A stretch of 64,000 nt of DNA from Chloroflexota bacterium (GTDB lineage Bacteria > Chloroflexota > UBA11872): positions 120,398-184,397 of the forward strand of contig JAPOWQ010000025.1 in assembly GCA_026707585.1 (NCBI GenBank). The letters are read 5' to 3'. The notes under the pieces were generated by a model. That model had not been told where the DNA came from. It searched no databases and saw nothing but the letters and a program-made list of their open reading frames with translations. A program made the position numbers and the translations under genes. This document shows positions 18,486 through 27,414 of the stretch, one piece after another. The first letter of the stretch is position 1. Every line of letters begins with the position of its first letter.

Positions 18486-20282
18486 ATGTCCACGTTGCCT
18501 GCATCAACCTGGTCCCGTCGCACCCATACCTGCGGCGCGCTGCGGCGCGCTGACGCCGGCTCAACTGTCGTCCTCAACGGCTGGGTTCACCGCCGGCGCG
18601 ATCAAGGTGGCCTGATCTTCGTCGACCTCCGCGACCGCTACGGCATCACCCAGGTCGTCATCAACCGCGATGACAGCGCCCAGGCGCACGAAACGGCCTC
18701 CGGCGTCCGCTCCGAATACGTCCTGGCCGTCACCGGCCAGGTCCGCGAACGCCCCGCCGGCACCACCAACCCCGACCTGGACACCGGCGAGATCGAGCTC
18801 GGCCAGATCGAACGAGTCGAAATCCTCGCCGTCTCCAAGCCTCCTCCCTTTGAGATCACCTCCGACCGCGACATCGATGAGTCCGTCCGCCTCACCCACC
18901 GCTATCTCGACCTGCGGCGCATCCGCATGCGCGAGCTCACCGAACTCCGCTTCAACATCAGCCGCGTCATACGCGAGCACCTCTGGGAGCGCGACTTCCT
19001 GGAACTGGAAACGCCCACCCTGGTCAAGAGCACGCCCGAGGGCGCCCGCGACTTCATCGTGCCCAGCCGCCATTACCCCGGCCAGGCCTACGCCCTCCCC
19101 CAGTCGCCCCAGCAACTCAAGCAACTCCTCATGGTGGCCGGGCTCGACCGCTACTTTCAGCTCGCCCGCTGCTACCGAGACGAAGACCTGCGGGCCGACC
19201 GCACCGCCGAGTTCACCCAGCTCGACATCGAAATGGCCTTCGTCGAGCGCGAGGACATCCTCGAACTCATCGAAACGCTCTACCTGCGACTGGCCCGCGA
19301 ACTTTCGACCAAGCGGCTGCTCCAGGAGCCATTCCCCCGCATCACCTACGCCGACGCCATGGAGCGCTACGGCACCGATAAGGCCGACCTGCGCTTTGGC
19401 CTGGAACTCGTTGACGTCAGCCACGCCGCCGCCGGCCACGGCTTCCGCGTCTTTGACCAGGTGGTCCAGTCGGGCGGCGTCGTCAAGGCTGTCGTCGCCC
19501 CCGGATCCGCCGCCTTCACCCGCCGCGAAGTCGACAGGCTGCAGGACGTAGTCAAGGCGCACGGTGCCGCCGGACTCGCAACCGTCGCCCTCAACAACGA
19601 CGGCACCCTTCGTTCGCCGCTCGTCCGCTTCTTCGGCGAAGACGCCCTCCGCGAACTGGCCACGGCCGCCGGCGCCGAGCAGGGCGACCTGGTCTGCCTC
19701 GTCGCCGACAAGCGCGAGACCGCCAACGCCGCCCTGGGCGGGCTACGCCTGGCCCTGGGCGAGAAGCTGGACTTGATCGACCCCGATGTCCTGGCCTTCG
19801 GCTGGATCATCGACTTCCCGCTCTTCGAACCCAACGAGGAAACCGGCGGCCTCACCTTCTCGCACAACCCCTTCTGCTCGCCCGCCGACGACTCGTTCGA
19901 TCTCCTCTACACCGACCCTGCCAAGGCGACCGCCAAGCAGTACGACCTCGTCTGCAACGGCCACGAGATCGGCGGCGGCTCCATCCGCGCCCACCGCGCG
20001 AAGGACCTGCACCGCATCTACCAGGTCATGGGTTTCGACGAGGACAGCATCCAGGAACAGATCGGCCACATGCTCCAGGCCTTCGAATACGGCGCCCCGC
20101 CCCACGGCGGCATCGCCATGGGCCTTGACCGCATCGCCATGATCTTCGGCGACACCGCCAACCTCCGCGACGTCACCGTCTTCCCCAAGAACCAGGCCGG
20201 CGTCGACCTCATGCTCCAATCCCCCTCCCCCATCGACGCCGCGCAGTTGGACGAACTGGGGTTGGCGGCTAAGGAGTCGTAG
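18486..20282 (+). CDS. aspS: Aspartate--tRNA ligase
   Basis: RTHTCG, GWVHRRRD.GGLIFVDLRDRYG, STPEGARDF, ALPQSPQ, YRDEDLRADR, GAPPHGG. Confidence 0.98.
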   Translation: MSTLPASTWSRRTHTCGALRRADAGSTVVLNGWVHRRRDQGGLIFVDLRDRYGITQVVINRDDSAQAHETASGVRSEYVLAVTGQVRERPAGTTNPDLDTGEIELGQIERVEILAVSKPPPFEITSDRDIDESVRLTHRYLDLRRIRMRELTELRFNISRVIREHLWERDFLELETPTLVKSTPEGARDFIVPSRHYPGQAYALPQSPQQLKQLLMVAGLDRYFQLARCYRDEDLRADRTAEFTQLDIEMAFVEREDILELIETLYLRLARELSTKRLLQEPFPRITYADAMERYGTDKADLRFGLELVDVSHAAAGHGFRVFDQVVQSGGVVKAVVAPGSAAFTRREVDRLQDVVKAHGAAGLATVALNNDGTLRSPLVRFFGEDALRELATAAGAEQGDLVCLVADKRETANAALGGLRLALGEKLDLIDPDVLAFGWIIDFPLFEPNEETGGLTFSHNPFCSPADDSFDLLYTDPAKATAKQYDLVCNGHEIGGGSIRAHRAKDLHRIYQVMGFDEDSIQEQIGHMLQAFEYGAPPHGGIAMGLDRIAMIFGDTANLRDVTVFPKNQAGVDLMLQSPSPIDAAQLDELGLAAKES

Positions 20283-20958
20283 GCGGAGGAATCGAGTCGA
20301 GTAGCCGGCTAAGCCACTCTCGGGCGTCGGCCATCGCCTCGGCGCTAACGTTGTGCGCCATCGGGTACTCCCGATACGTCAGGTCCACCCCGTGCCGTTC
20401 CAGCAGGTCACGCGTCCGGCGCCCCGCCTCCACGGGAATAATGTCGTCATGCACCCCGTGCGCCACAAAGGCCGGGGCTCCTACCAGGTTGCCGCTGTCG
20501 GACTCAACCTCAATCGGGAAGTAGCCGCTTAGCGCAATCACCCCCGACACGCTTCCCGGCTGTAGCGCCTGTGCTCCTAGTGACATCACCGCACCCTGGC
20601 TGAATCCCAGCAACACGACCCGCTCGGGATCGACCGGGTAGCTCGCCTTGACCGTATCCAGGAACTCGGCCAGCGCCTCCAGGCTGGCCCGCAGCGTAGC
20701 TTCGTTCAGGCTCCGCGGCTGCTGTAGCCGGTACCACTCGTACCCACCCGCCATCACCCCGCCCAGTTCCAGCGGCGCCTGCACCGAAATCACCAGCAGG
20801 TCGTCCCGCTCGAACTCATAGGCCAGCGGCAAAATCCCCGCCGCGCTATCCCCCCGCCCATGCAACAACACCAGCGTCGGATAGGTGTCAGCCTGCTTTC
20901 GGGGCGCGATCAATTCGTGGTGCAGGTTCGCCTGCACGGGTTCAAGTTGGTTGGACAT
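20269..20958 (-). CDS. Alpha/beta hydrolase (carboxylesterase/phospholipase)
   Basis: LLHGRG, GFSQG, HGVHDDIIP, YPMAH. Confidence 0.9.
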   Translation of the reverse strand: MSNQLEPVQANLHHELIAPRKQADTYPTLVLLHGRGDSAAGILPLAYEFERDDLLVISVQAPLELGGVMAGGYEWYRLQQPRSLNEATLRASLEALAEFLDTVKASYPVDPERVVLLGFSQGAVMSLGAQALQPGSVSGVIALSGYFPIEVESDSGNLVGAPAFVAHGVHDDIIPVEAGRRTRDLLERHGVDLTYREYPMAHNVSAEAMADAREWLSRLLDSIPPPTTP

Positions 20959-21000
20959 GTCCTGGATCCTTCAGCAGGCTGCGACGCACCGTTGGCGGAC

Positions 21001-21354
21001 TCAGGGTTGGGCGGGTGAGCCGCAGCCGGTGGCTATGGCGAGCGCTCGGCAAACCTGCCGCATTTTGGCGGGACTCACGGAACCGACGAAGCGGTGCAAC
21101 TGCCGCTGCTCCACCGTCTGCACGTGGTCCAGGTTGATGGCCGAGTCGTGCCGCAACCCCTCGTCCACGCCCACGATTACCTCACTCGGCAGCCCGCGAA
21201 TCGTCGACGTGATCGGCGCGACCATCGCCGTACGCAGCAGCGGAAGCACCTCCTGCCGCGTCAGCACGACGACCGGACGTCGCTTGTCGGGTCGCTTGAA
21301 GCCGTAGTGCCAGATCTCGCCGCGGCGCGGCCCGGCGTCTAGTCCTGGGGCCAC
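21001..21354 (-). CDS. PemK/MazF-family endoribonuclease toxin
   Basis: RRGEIW...DKRRPVVVLTR, VAPITSTIRG, SAINLD. Confidence 0.9.
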   Translation of the reverse strand: MAPGLDAGPRRGEIWHYGFKRPDKRRPVVVLTRQEVLPLLRTAMVAPITSTIRGLPSEVIVGVDEGLRHDSAINLDHVQTVEQRQLHRFVGSVSPAKMRQVCRALAIATGCGSPAQP

Positions 21355-21572
21355 GCGCCCTCGCCGGCCCACCCGTCAAGTTCGGCGTCGAGCGCGGCGG
21401 CATCGCCATAGCCCGAGCGGTATCGGTCGGAAATGACCTCGGCCTCCTTGCGCACCAGGTACGCTGCCGCCGCCTCCCGCAGCACCGCCGATCGGCCTTG
21501 CTCCCGCACCGCCGGATCCCGGTCAAGCCGTTCCAGCAGCGCCTCGTCGAATGTCACCTGTATAGCCTTCAT
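21339..21572 (-). CDS. Ribbon-helix-helix antitoxin (MazE-like)
   Basis: MKAIQVTFDEALLERLD...GRSAVLREA; overlaps the toxin start. Confidence 0.85.
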   Translation of the reverse strand: MKAIQVTFDEALLERLDRDPAVREQGRSAVLREAAAAYLVRKEAEVISDRYRSGYGDAAALDAELDGWAGEGAWPQD

Positions 21573-21606
21573 ATACATCACAATACCACATCGCCACTCC
21601 ACACCA

Positions 21607-21681
21607 TCATTCGTGCGCCGGGGCGTGGTCGTTGAAGTACATCTGGATCACAATGCCGTAGAACCGGCAAATTTCAGGCAT
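21607..21681 (-). pseudogene. Truncated DUF4160 gene
   Basis: MPEICRFYGIVIQMYFNDHAPAHE* matches the typical DUF4160 N-terminus; stops after 24 aa; ATGCCTGA overlap with the DUF2442 gene. Confidence 0.8.
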
Positions 21682-21970
21682 CGTCCAGAACCGCCAGCGC
21701 CTGTGGCACAACGTCCGCCAGAGACTTTCCCGTCAGCTGCATGTAGAGGGCGTCCGGGCAAAGTTCCAGTTCGTTATCCCAGGCGATGGCGTCGTAGTCG
21801 GTGATGTGCACGGCCGCAAAGCGGTCACGTTCTTTCCAGGCCGCGAACACGCCGCTGCCGGCCAGATGCGACAGGTCCACCTCACCGGCGGCGCCGTCGG
21901 AGAAGCTGAGCCAGATGCGATAGCCGTCGCGCGGTTCAACGGACGTCAGTCGAATTGGCGCCTGGGGCAT
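21674..21970 (-). CDS. DUF2442 domain protein
   Basis: VEPRDGYRIWLSFSDG..GEVDL...IAW...LELCPDALY. Confidence 0.85.
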   Translation of the reverse strand: MPQAPIRLTSVEPRDGYRIWLSFSDGAAGEVDLSHLAGSGVFAAWKERDRFAAVHITDYDAIAWDNELELCPDALYMQLTGKSLADVVPQALAVLDDA

Positions 21971-22068
21971 TGCCCCACTCCCGGGTTCCGGCAGAGGCTC
22001 ATCCATGTCGGGCTCACGGTATCCCCCGCACCCCCACCGTCTCCCGCTCCAGCGCCCGCGTGTCCGAC

Positions 22069-22344
22069 CTACCGCCGCTCGGTCAGCCTGCCGGACAGGT
22101 ACTTGTGGATGACGCTGGACAGCAGGGTCTGGTACGGAATGCCCTCTTCCCTCGCCCGCGCGTGGGCCAGATTGAAGTCGCGCTCTGTGACCCGCAGATT
22201 CACGCGTTTAGTCTTGTTGAACGTCGCGCGCGCTGCTTGCCGAGCCGTCTCGATCTCGCGGTCGGCCTCCTGAGCGGACCGCAACTCGCCCCGCTCAAAG
22301 CGACTCAGAATGTCCCGCTCTTCCGCGCTCAGCGTATCGTTCAT
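22069..22344 (-). CDS. CopG/BrnA-like antitoxin
   Basis: KTKRVNLRV...AREEGIPYQTLLSSVIHKY. Confidence 0.85.
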   Translation of the reverse strand: MNDTLSAEERDILSRFERGELRSAQEADREIETARQAARATFNKTKRVNLRVTERDFNLAHARAREEGIPYQTLLSSVIHKYLSGRLTERR

Positions 22345-22628
22345 GTTGATCGCCTCCTCCGGTAGTCTCTGGTCGCTTTCCGGCTGGGAATGATCGTCTT
22401 CAGGAAACGAGTACCGTCACTCCCGATCACGAACGGCACAAGGTGAATGTACTGGCCGATTTCCACCACGTAGATCAACTGTCCTGGGTAGCGCTCGTAA
22501 TTCGGGTGCCCCAACACGTCGACCACGCCGCCTTGCTCGATAGCGGAGACAACGCTTTCGAATGAGATCCCTCGCTCGTCGATGAGCCGTTGGTTCTTCT
22601 CCGAACTCCAGTCGAAGCCGATGCCCAT
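22341..22628 (-). CDS. BrnT-like toxin
   Basis: FDWSSEKNQRL..ERGISFE, HPN..RYPGQ, FLKTIIPSRKAT; ATGA overlap with the antitoxin. Confidence 0.85.
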   Translation of the reverse strand: MGIGFDWSSEKNQRLIDERGISFESVVSAIEQGGVVDVLGHPNYERYPGQLIYVVEIGQYIHLVPFVIGSDGTRFLKTIIPSRKATRDYRRRRST

Positions 22629-22791
22629 GCACCTATTGTCATGCAATGTGTGCGTTTTGGCAACACCGTGTGTCCGGCCTGGGCGCGGGCGAACCATTGA
22701 CCACGGCGTCTGACCATTGGCTCCACGGATAGCTCGTACGGTCATCCATTGCGCAGCGACGCGCTTCGATCGTTGCTAGGCTGCCCGCCTT

Positions 22792-23071
22792 CTACGAGTT
22801 GCTACCCACGATCTCAGCCAGCACCCCTTCGGTCTCCCGCTCTACCGCCAGAATGTCTGCCCGTATCTCCGCCAGCGACCGCAGCCGCTGAGACTTGTAG
22901 AAGTGCCGCGCAAAGCTCATCTCGCATCCAACTTTCGTGCGCGACGCCACGGACCTGATACCCGGCGCGAACGGCAGCGCCACGCGCCGTCCAGACGCCT
23001 CGCCCCCTGGCTCCGGTCAGCGGTGACTGTTCGGTGTACCGCGGACCCGGATTCGGCTCGAACTCAACCAT
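22792..23071 (-). pseudogene. Frameshifted 3' remnant of a type I restriction-modification methyltransferase (HsdM)
   Basis: VEFEP....YTEQ.PL, then in another frame LPFAP...TKVG.EMSFARHFYK...LRSLAEIRADILAVERETEGVLAEIVG; resembles an HsdM C-terminus as recalled. Confidence 0.7.
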
Positions 23072-23776
23072 GGCGGAGCGGCGACCCGGAGGGATCGGTA
23101 CGAGCCGCGCACCGGGTCGGCCCGAGTCCCCTTCAGTCGGCTGCCGACCCTATACCTTCGAACTGGCGGATGCCAACGCCTGCTCGAACGTCGTGACCTC
23201 CTGGACCCCGCGCCGCTCGCAGCCGGACAGATGGCAGAGATCCCTGCCTCGCTACACAGGGTGCCGATCACCCGTCTGAGTCGATGGACGCCTCGGCGCA
23301 TGCACTCATGCGCACGAACCCAACGCACGCTTGGCACAGTGGCAGATCGGGGGATGGGCCTGTGAAGCGCCACTGGCTCGGCGGTCCGTCGGGCCAGCCC
23401 GGGCAGTTCCGGCAGAAATGCCAGTAGTGACGAAGTTGCCAGACCATCGGCGCAACGTCGCGCTCGCGGGCGTGGCCGAGTCTGCGGTAGAGGCGATAGG
23501 AGGAGATAACCGCACCACCAGCGACGCGCGCGGCGTCTCAGCGTATCCCACGCGCCCCGGCGAACTTTAGGCCGCCAATCCGTTCTCCGTCAGCCAGTCG
23601 TAGGTCACGATGATCGTCGTCATTGGAGTGTTGCGACAGCCTCCCCGCGGGGCCGGGTGGCCAGGCGGGCGCCTGTCGGCAACAACCTGAGCGTGCGACT
23701 CGCGAAGCTGGACACCCGGGCCTTGCAGATTGAACACACAGGCGACGACACGGCAGACGCCCCCTGCCGACTCGCC

Positions 23777-25651
23777 CTACCGGGAGACCTTGCCCCGCAG
23801 TGCCGCCGCGTCGATGTCCTCGCCGCCCGTCGAAAGCCCCAGCGTGTACAGGTTGTAGTACAGCCCCGCCTTCGCCAGCAGCTGCGCGTGCGTGCCCCGC
23901 TCCACGATGCGGCCCTGGTCCAGCACCAGCACCTCCGTCGCGTTCCGCACCGTCGAAAGCCGGTGCGCGATCACGAAGCTGGTGCGCCCTCGCATCATCG
24001 TCTCCATCGCGTCCTGGATGATGCCCTCCGTCTGCGTGTCCACCGAACTGGTCGCCTCGTCCAGCACCAGCACCCGCGGGTCGGTCAGCAACGCCCGCGC
24101 AAACGACACCAGTTGCCGCTGTCCCGTCGACAGCCCGCCGCCCCGTTCCTCGATCGGCGTGTCGTACCCGAACGGCAGGCTGTCCACGAACTCATGCAGC
24201 CGCACCGCCTTCGCAACCTCGATGACTTCCTCGCGCGTGGCGTCCGCCCGCCCATACGCGATGTTGTCGTGAATGCTCCCGCTGAACAGGAACGGCTCCT
24301 GCAGCACCAGCCCGATCTGCCGCCGCAGCGAAGCCTGGCTGACCCGGCGCACGTCGTGTCCGTCGATCCGCACCGCTCCGGCGCTGGCGTCGTAGAACCG
24401 CAGCAGCAGGTTAATGATCGTGGTCTTCCCGGCCCCCGTGGCGCCCACCAGCGCGATCCGGTCGCCCGGCTTCGCCACGATGTCGGCCTCGTGCAGCACC
24501 GGCCGGCCCGCCTCGTAGGCAAAGCTCACCCGGTCGAACCGCACTTCGCCCCGGACTCGCGGCAACTCCCGGGCGTCGGGCTCGTCGTGCATCGTTTCGT
24601 CGGTGTCCAGGATCTCGAACACCCGCTCCGCCGACGTCATCGCGGCCTGGATCGCGCCCCAGCGCGTGGCCAATTCCTGCACCGGCCCGAAGAACCGCTC
24701 GATGTACAGCACGAAGGCCGTCACCACGCCCAACGTCACCGTGTCCGACCCGTCCAGCACAAACGATCCGCCCAGCCACAACACCAGCCCGGTCGAGATC
24801 GCCGTGAAGACCTCCACCGCCGGCTCGGCCGACGAAGTTACCGTCATCGCGCGCATTTGCGATTGCGCCTGGGCATGGTTCACCTCGTCGAAGCGCCGCG
24901 CGTTGACCTCCTCGCGAGTGAAGGCCTGGATCACCCGCATGCCCAGGATCGACTCGGCCAGCACCCCGTTCAACGTGGACGTCCGCGTCCGCATCACCCG
25001 ATAGGCGGACTGCGCCACCCGCGCGAATACGATGCCGCTCAGCAGCATCAGCGGCGACACCGCCACCGCGATCAGCGTGAGTTCCCAGCTCAACAGCGAC
25101 ATCGCCACCAGGATCCCGATCAGGATCACCACGTCGGCCACCAGCCCGATCGCCCCTTCGGTGACTGCCTCCCCGATCTGTTCCACGTCCGACGCCATCC
25201 GGCCGATCAGCCGTCCGGTGATCTGCCGGTCGTAGAAGCCCAGGGGCAACGACTGGTACTTGCGGAACATCTCCATCCGCATGGTTTGCAACATGCTTTG
25301 GCCGATGCCGGCATTGATCAGCAACTGGGCCGCGGTGGCGCCGGCCTGCCCCAGCGTGATAGCCAGGAACGCCAGGCCGGCCATAGTGAGCACCCCGGCG
25401 TCGCGGGCTCGAATACCGTCGTCAATCGCCAGTCCGATCACCGCCGGCTGCGCCATTGTCGTCCCGGCAACCACGAGCACCGCCGCGGCTGCAGCCAGCA
25501 GGCGCCGCCGGTCTCGTGCCAGGTACCCGAGCAGTCGCCAAAGGACACGCCGGTCGAATCCTTCGAAACCGCTCTCTTCCTGGACAAACGTCCCGCGGGC
25601 CTGGGACGTTCCCATCCCCATGCCCATTCCTGACCCCATGCCCATCCTCAT
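23777..25651 (-). CDS. ABC exporter half-transporter (TMD+NBD), consensus-site subunit
   Basis: GATGAGKT, LSTGQRQ, LVLDEATSSVD, IAHRL; Met-Gly-rich N-terminus. Confidence 0.95.
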   Translation of the reverse strand: MRMGMGSGMGMGMGTSQARGTFVQEESGFEGFDRRVLWRLLGYLARDRRRLLAAAAAVLVVAGTTMAQPAVIGLAIDDGIRARDAGVLTMAGLAFLAITLGQAGATAAQLLINAGIGQSMLQTMRMEMFRKYQSLPLGFYDRQITGRLIGRMASDVEQIGEAVTEGAIGLVADVVILIGILVAMSLLSWELTLIAVAVSPLMLLSGIVFARVAQSAYRVMRTRTSTLNGVLAESILGMRVIQAFTREEVNARRFDEVNHAQAQSQMRAMTVTSSAEPAVEVFTAISTGLVLWLGGSFVLDGSDTVTLGVVTAFVLYIERFFGPVQELATRWGAIQAAMTSAERVFEILDTDETMHDEPDARELPRVRGEVRFDRVSFAYEAGRPVLHEADIVAKPGDRIALVGATGAGKTTIINLLLRFYDASAGAVRIDGHDVRRVSQASLRRQIGLVLQEPFLFSGSIHDNIAYGRADATREEVIEVAKAVRLHEFVDSLPFGYDTPIEERGGGLSTGQRQLVSFARALLTDPRVLVLDEATSSVDTQTEGIIQDAMETMMRGRTSFVIAHRLSTVRNATEVLVLDQGRIVERGTHAQLLAKAGLYYNLYTLGLSTGGEDIDAAALRGKVSR

Positions 25652-27414
25652 GCGCCTGCCGCCTCCGCCGCCGCCAGGTCCGCGCGCGCCTCCTCCGCCT
25701 GTTGAACCTGGAGGTTATAGAGGTCGCGGTAGAACCCCGGCCTCGAGAGCAACTCGGCATGCGTCCCCCGGTCGGCGATGCGCCGGTCGTCCACCACCAG
25801 GATTTCGTCCGCGTGCTCAACGGAGCTGATGCGCTGCGACACGATGAACGTCGTCCGTCCACCTGCCCGCCGCCGCAGCGCCTCCTGGATCCGACGCTCG
25901 GTCTCGGTATCCACGCTGCTCGTCGCGTCGTCCAGGATCAGAATCGCCGACTCGCGCAGCAGCGCCCTTGCAATCGTCAGCCGCTGCCGCTGCCCGCCCG
26001 ACAGCCCAACGCCGCGCTCTCCGATGACCGTCTCGAATCCTTCGGGCATCTCCAGGATGAAGTCATAGGCCTGCGCGTCCTTTGCGGCCGCGATCACCTC
26101 GTCGAGCCCGGCATCCGGATTGCCGTAGGCGATGTTGTTGCGCACGGTGTCGGAAAACAGGAAGGGATCCTGAGGCACGATCGACACTGCCGAGCGCAGG
26201 CTTCCCAGGTTAAAGCTCCGTACATCCCGGCCATCCACCCGCACCGCGCCGCCCGCCGCGTCGTAATAGCGCGCGATCAGGTTCAGCAGGCTGGTCTTGC
26301 CCGACCCGGTCGGTCCCACGACGCCGACCACATCGCCGGCCTCGACCGCCGCACTGACCCCGGATACGACCGCTCGCCGGTTGAACGCAATGTCCACACC
26401 GTCGTAATCCACCCGACCCCTGACACGCGTCAGCCTGGCCGCGTCCGGTGGACTCTCGATCCCCACCGGCTCATCCAGCAATCCGAACACACGATCAGCC
26501 GAAACCGCCGTGCGCGCCACCTGCTGCACGATGAAACCAAGCCGCCGCGACGGCTGAATCAGCCGTGTGAAGTAGTAGTAGAACGCCAGCAGCACGCCCA
26601 CCGAAATCGCCCCGTCAATGGCCAGCAGTCCGCCCGCCCAGATCACCACCAGCGAGCCGATGCCGGTCAGCAGCAACATGAGCGGCATGGCCCGCGCGCG
26701 CAGCCGGATTGGCGCCAGCGCCCGCTCGCGCATCAGCTCGGACTCGGCCCCAAACGCCTCGATTTCGCGCTCTTCCGTGGCGAACGCCTTGACCACCCGG
26801 ATCCCGTTCAGGTTCTCCGTCAGCACCCGCGTCAACTGCGCCTGCTGGCTCCGGTAGGCCAGCCACATCGGCCGCACCACCCGCCCATAGACTGTGGCCA
26901 CAATCACCATCAGCGCCAGCACAGCGAGGGCCATCAGGGTCAACTGCGCACTGGCAATCACCATTCCCGTCACGATCACGACGTAAATGCCAGCCGTTCG
27001 CACGGCTTCCATGACTCCGTAACCTGTGAAACCCTGCACCGTCCGGGTATCGCTGATCGCCAGCGTGATCACGTCGCCGCTATCCACCCGGTCGTAGTAG
27101 GCGTACGGCAGGCGCTGCAACTTGTCGTATACCTCATTCCGCAGTTGGCGGCTGATCCCCGCCTGGTACCAGCGCTGGCAGAACCTGGCGCCAAACAGCG
27201 CGGCCCCGCGCAGCACGATCAGGACTGCCGCGAGCAGTGAGAGCCCCACAAGGCGTGAGCGGTCGCCCGCCACGATGCCCTCGTCGATGACCCGCTGCAA
27301 AACCTGCGGCACGATGAGGTCCATGGCGGCCGACACCAGCCAGACCAGTACGCTCAGCAGCGCCACCGGCCAGTACGAGCGGATGTAGGCGAGCGTTCGC
27401 CAGATGGACCTTAT
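25648..27414 (-). CDS. ABC exporter half-transporter, degenerate-site subunit of a heterodimer
   Basis: GPTGSGKT, LSGGQRQR, ILDD (Glu to Asp), VSQR (His to Gln); start is either ATA 27414 or GTG 27366. Confidence 0.93.
   Translation of the reverse strand: MRSIWRTLAYIRSYWPVALLSVLVWLVSAAMDLIVPQVLQRVIDEGIVAGDRSRLVGLSLLAAVLIVLRGAALFGARFCQRWYQAGISRQLRNEVYDKLQRLPYAYYDRVDSGDVITLAISDTRTVQGFTGYGVMEAVRTAGIYVVIVTGMVIASAQLTLMALAVLALMVIVATVYGRVVRPMWLAYRSQQAQLTRVLTENLNGIRVVKAFATEEREIEAFGAESELMRERALAPIRLRARAMPLMLLLTGIGSLVVIWAGGLLAIDGAISVGVLLAFYYYFTRLIQPSRRLGFIVQQVARTAVSADRVFGLLDEPVGIESPPDAARLTRVRGRVDYDGVDIAFNRRAVVSGVSAAVEAGDVVGVVGPTGSGKTSLLNLIARYYDAAGGAVRVDGRDVRSFNLGSLRSAVSIVPQDPFLFSDTVRNNIAYGNPDAGLDEVIAAAKDAQAYDFILEMPEGFETVIGERGVGLSGGQRQRLTIARALLRESAILILDDATSSVDTETERRIQEALRRRAGGRTTFIVSQRISSVEHADEILVVDDRRIADRGTHAELLSRPGFYRDLYNLQVQQAEEARADLAAAEAAGA

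Noticed and set aside
23150-23640. Possible PIN-like or other coding remnants (e.g. QEVTTFEQALA; MTTIIVTYDWLTENGLAA*)
   Set aside because: Too short and degenerate to assign without a search.
25615-25651. MGMGSGMGMGMG N-terminus as a metal-binding motif or slippage site
   Set aside because: Met/Gly-rich leaders are common on this class of ABC exporter subunit and nothing else supports a special role.
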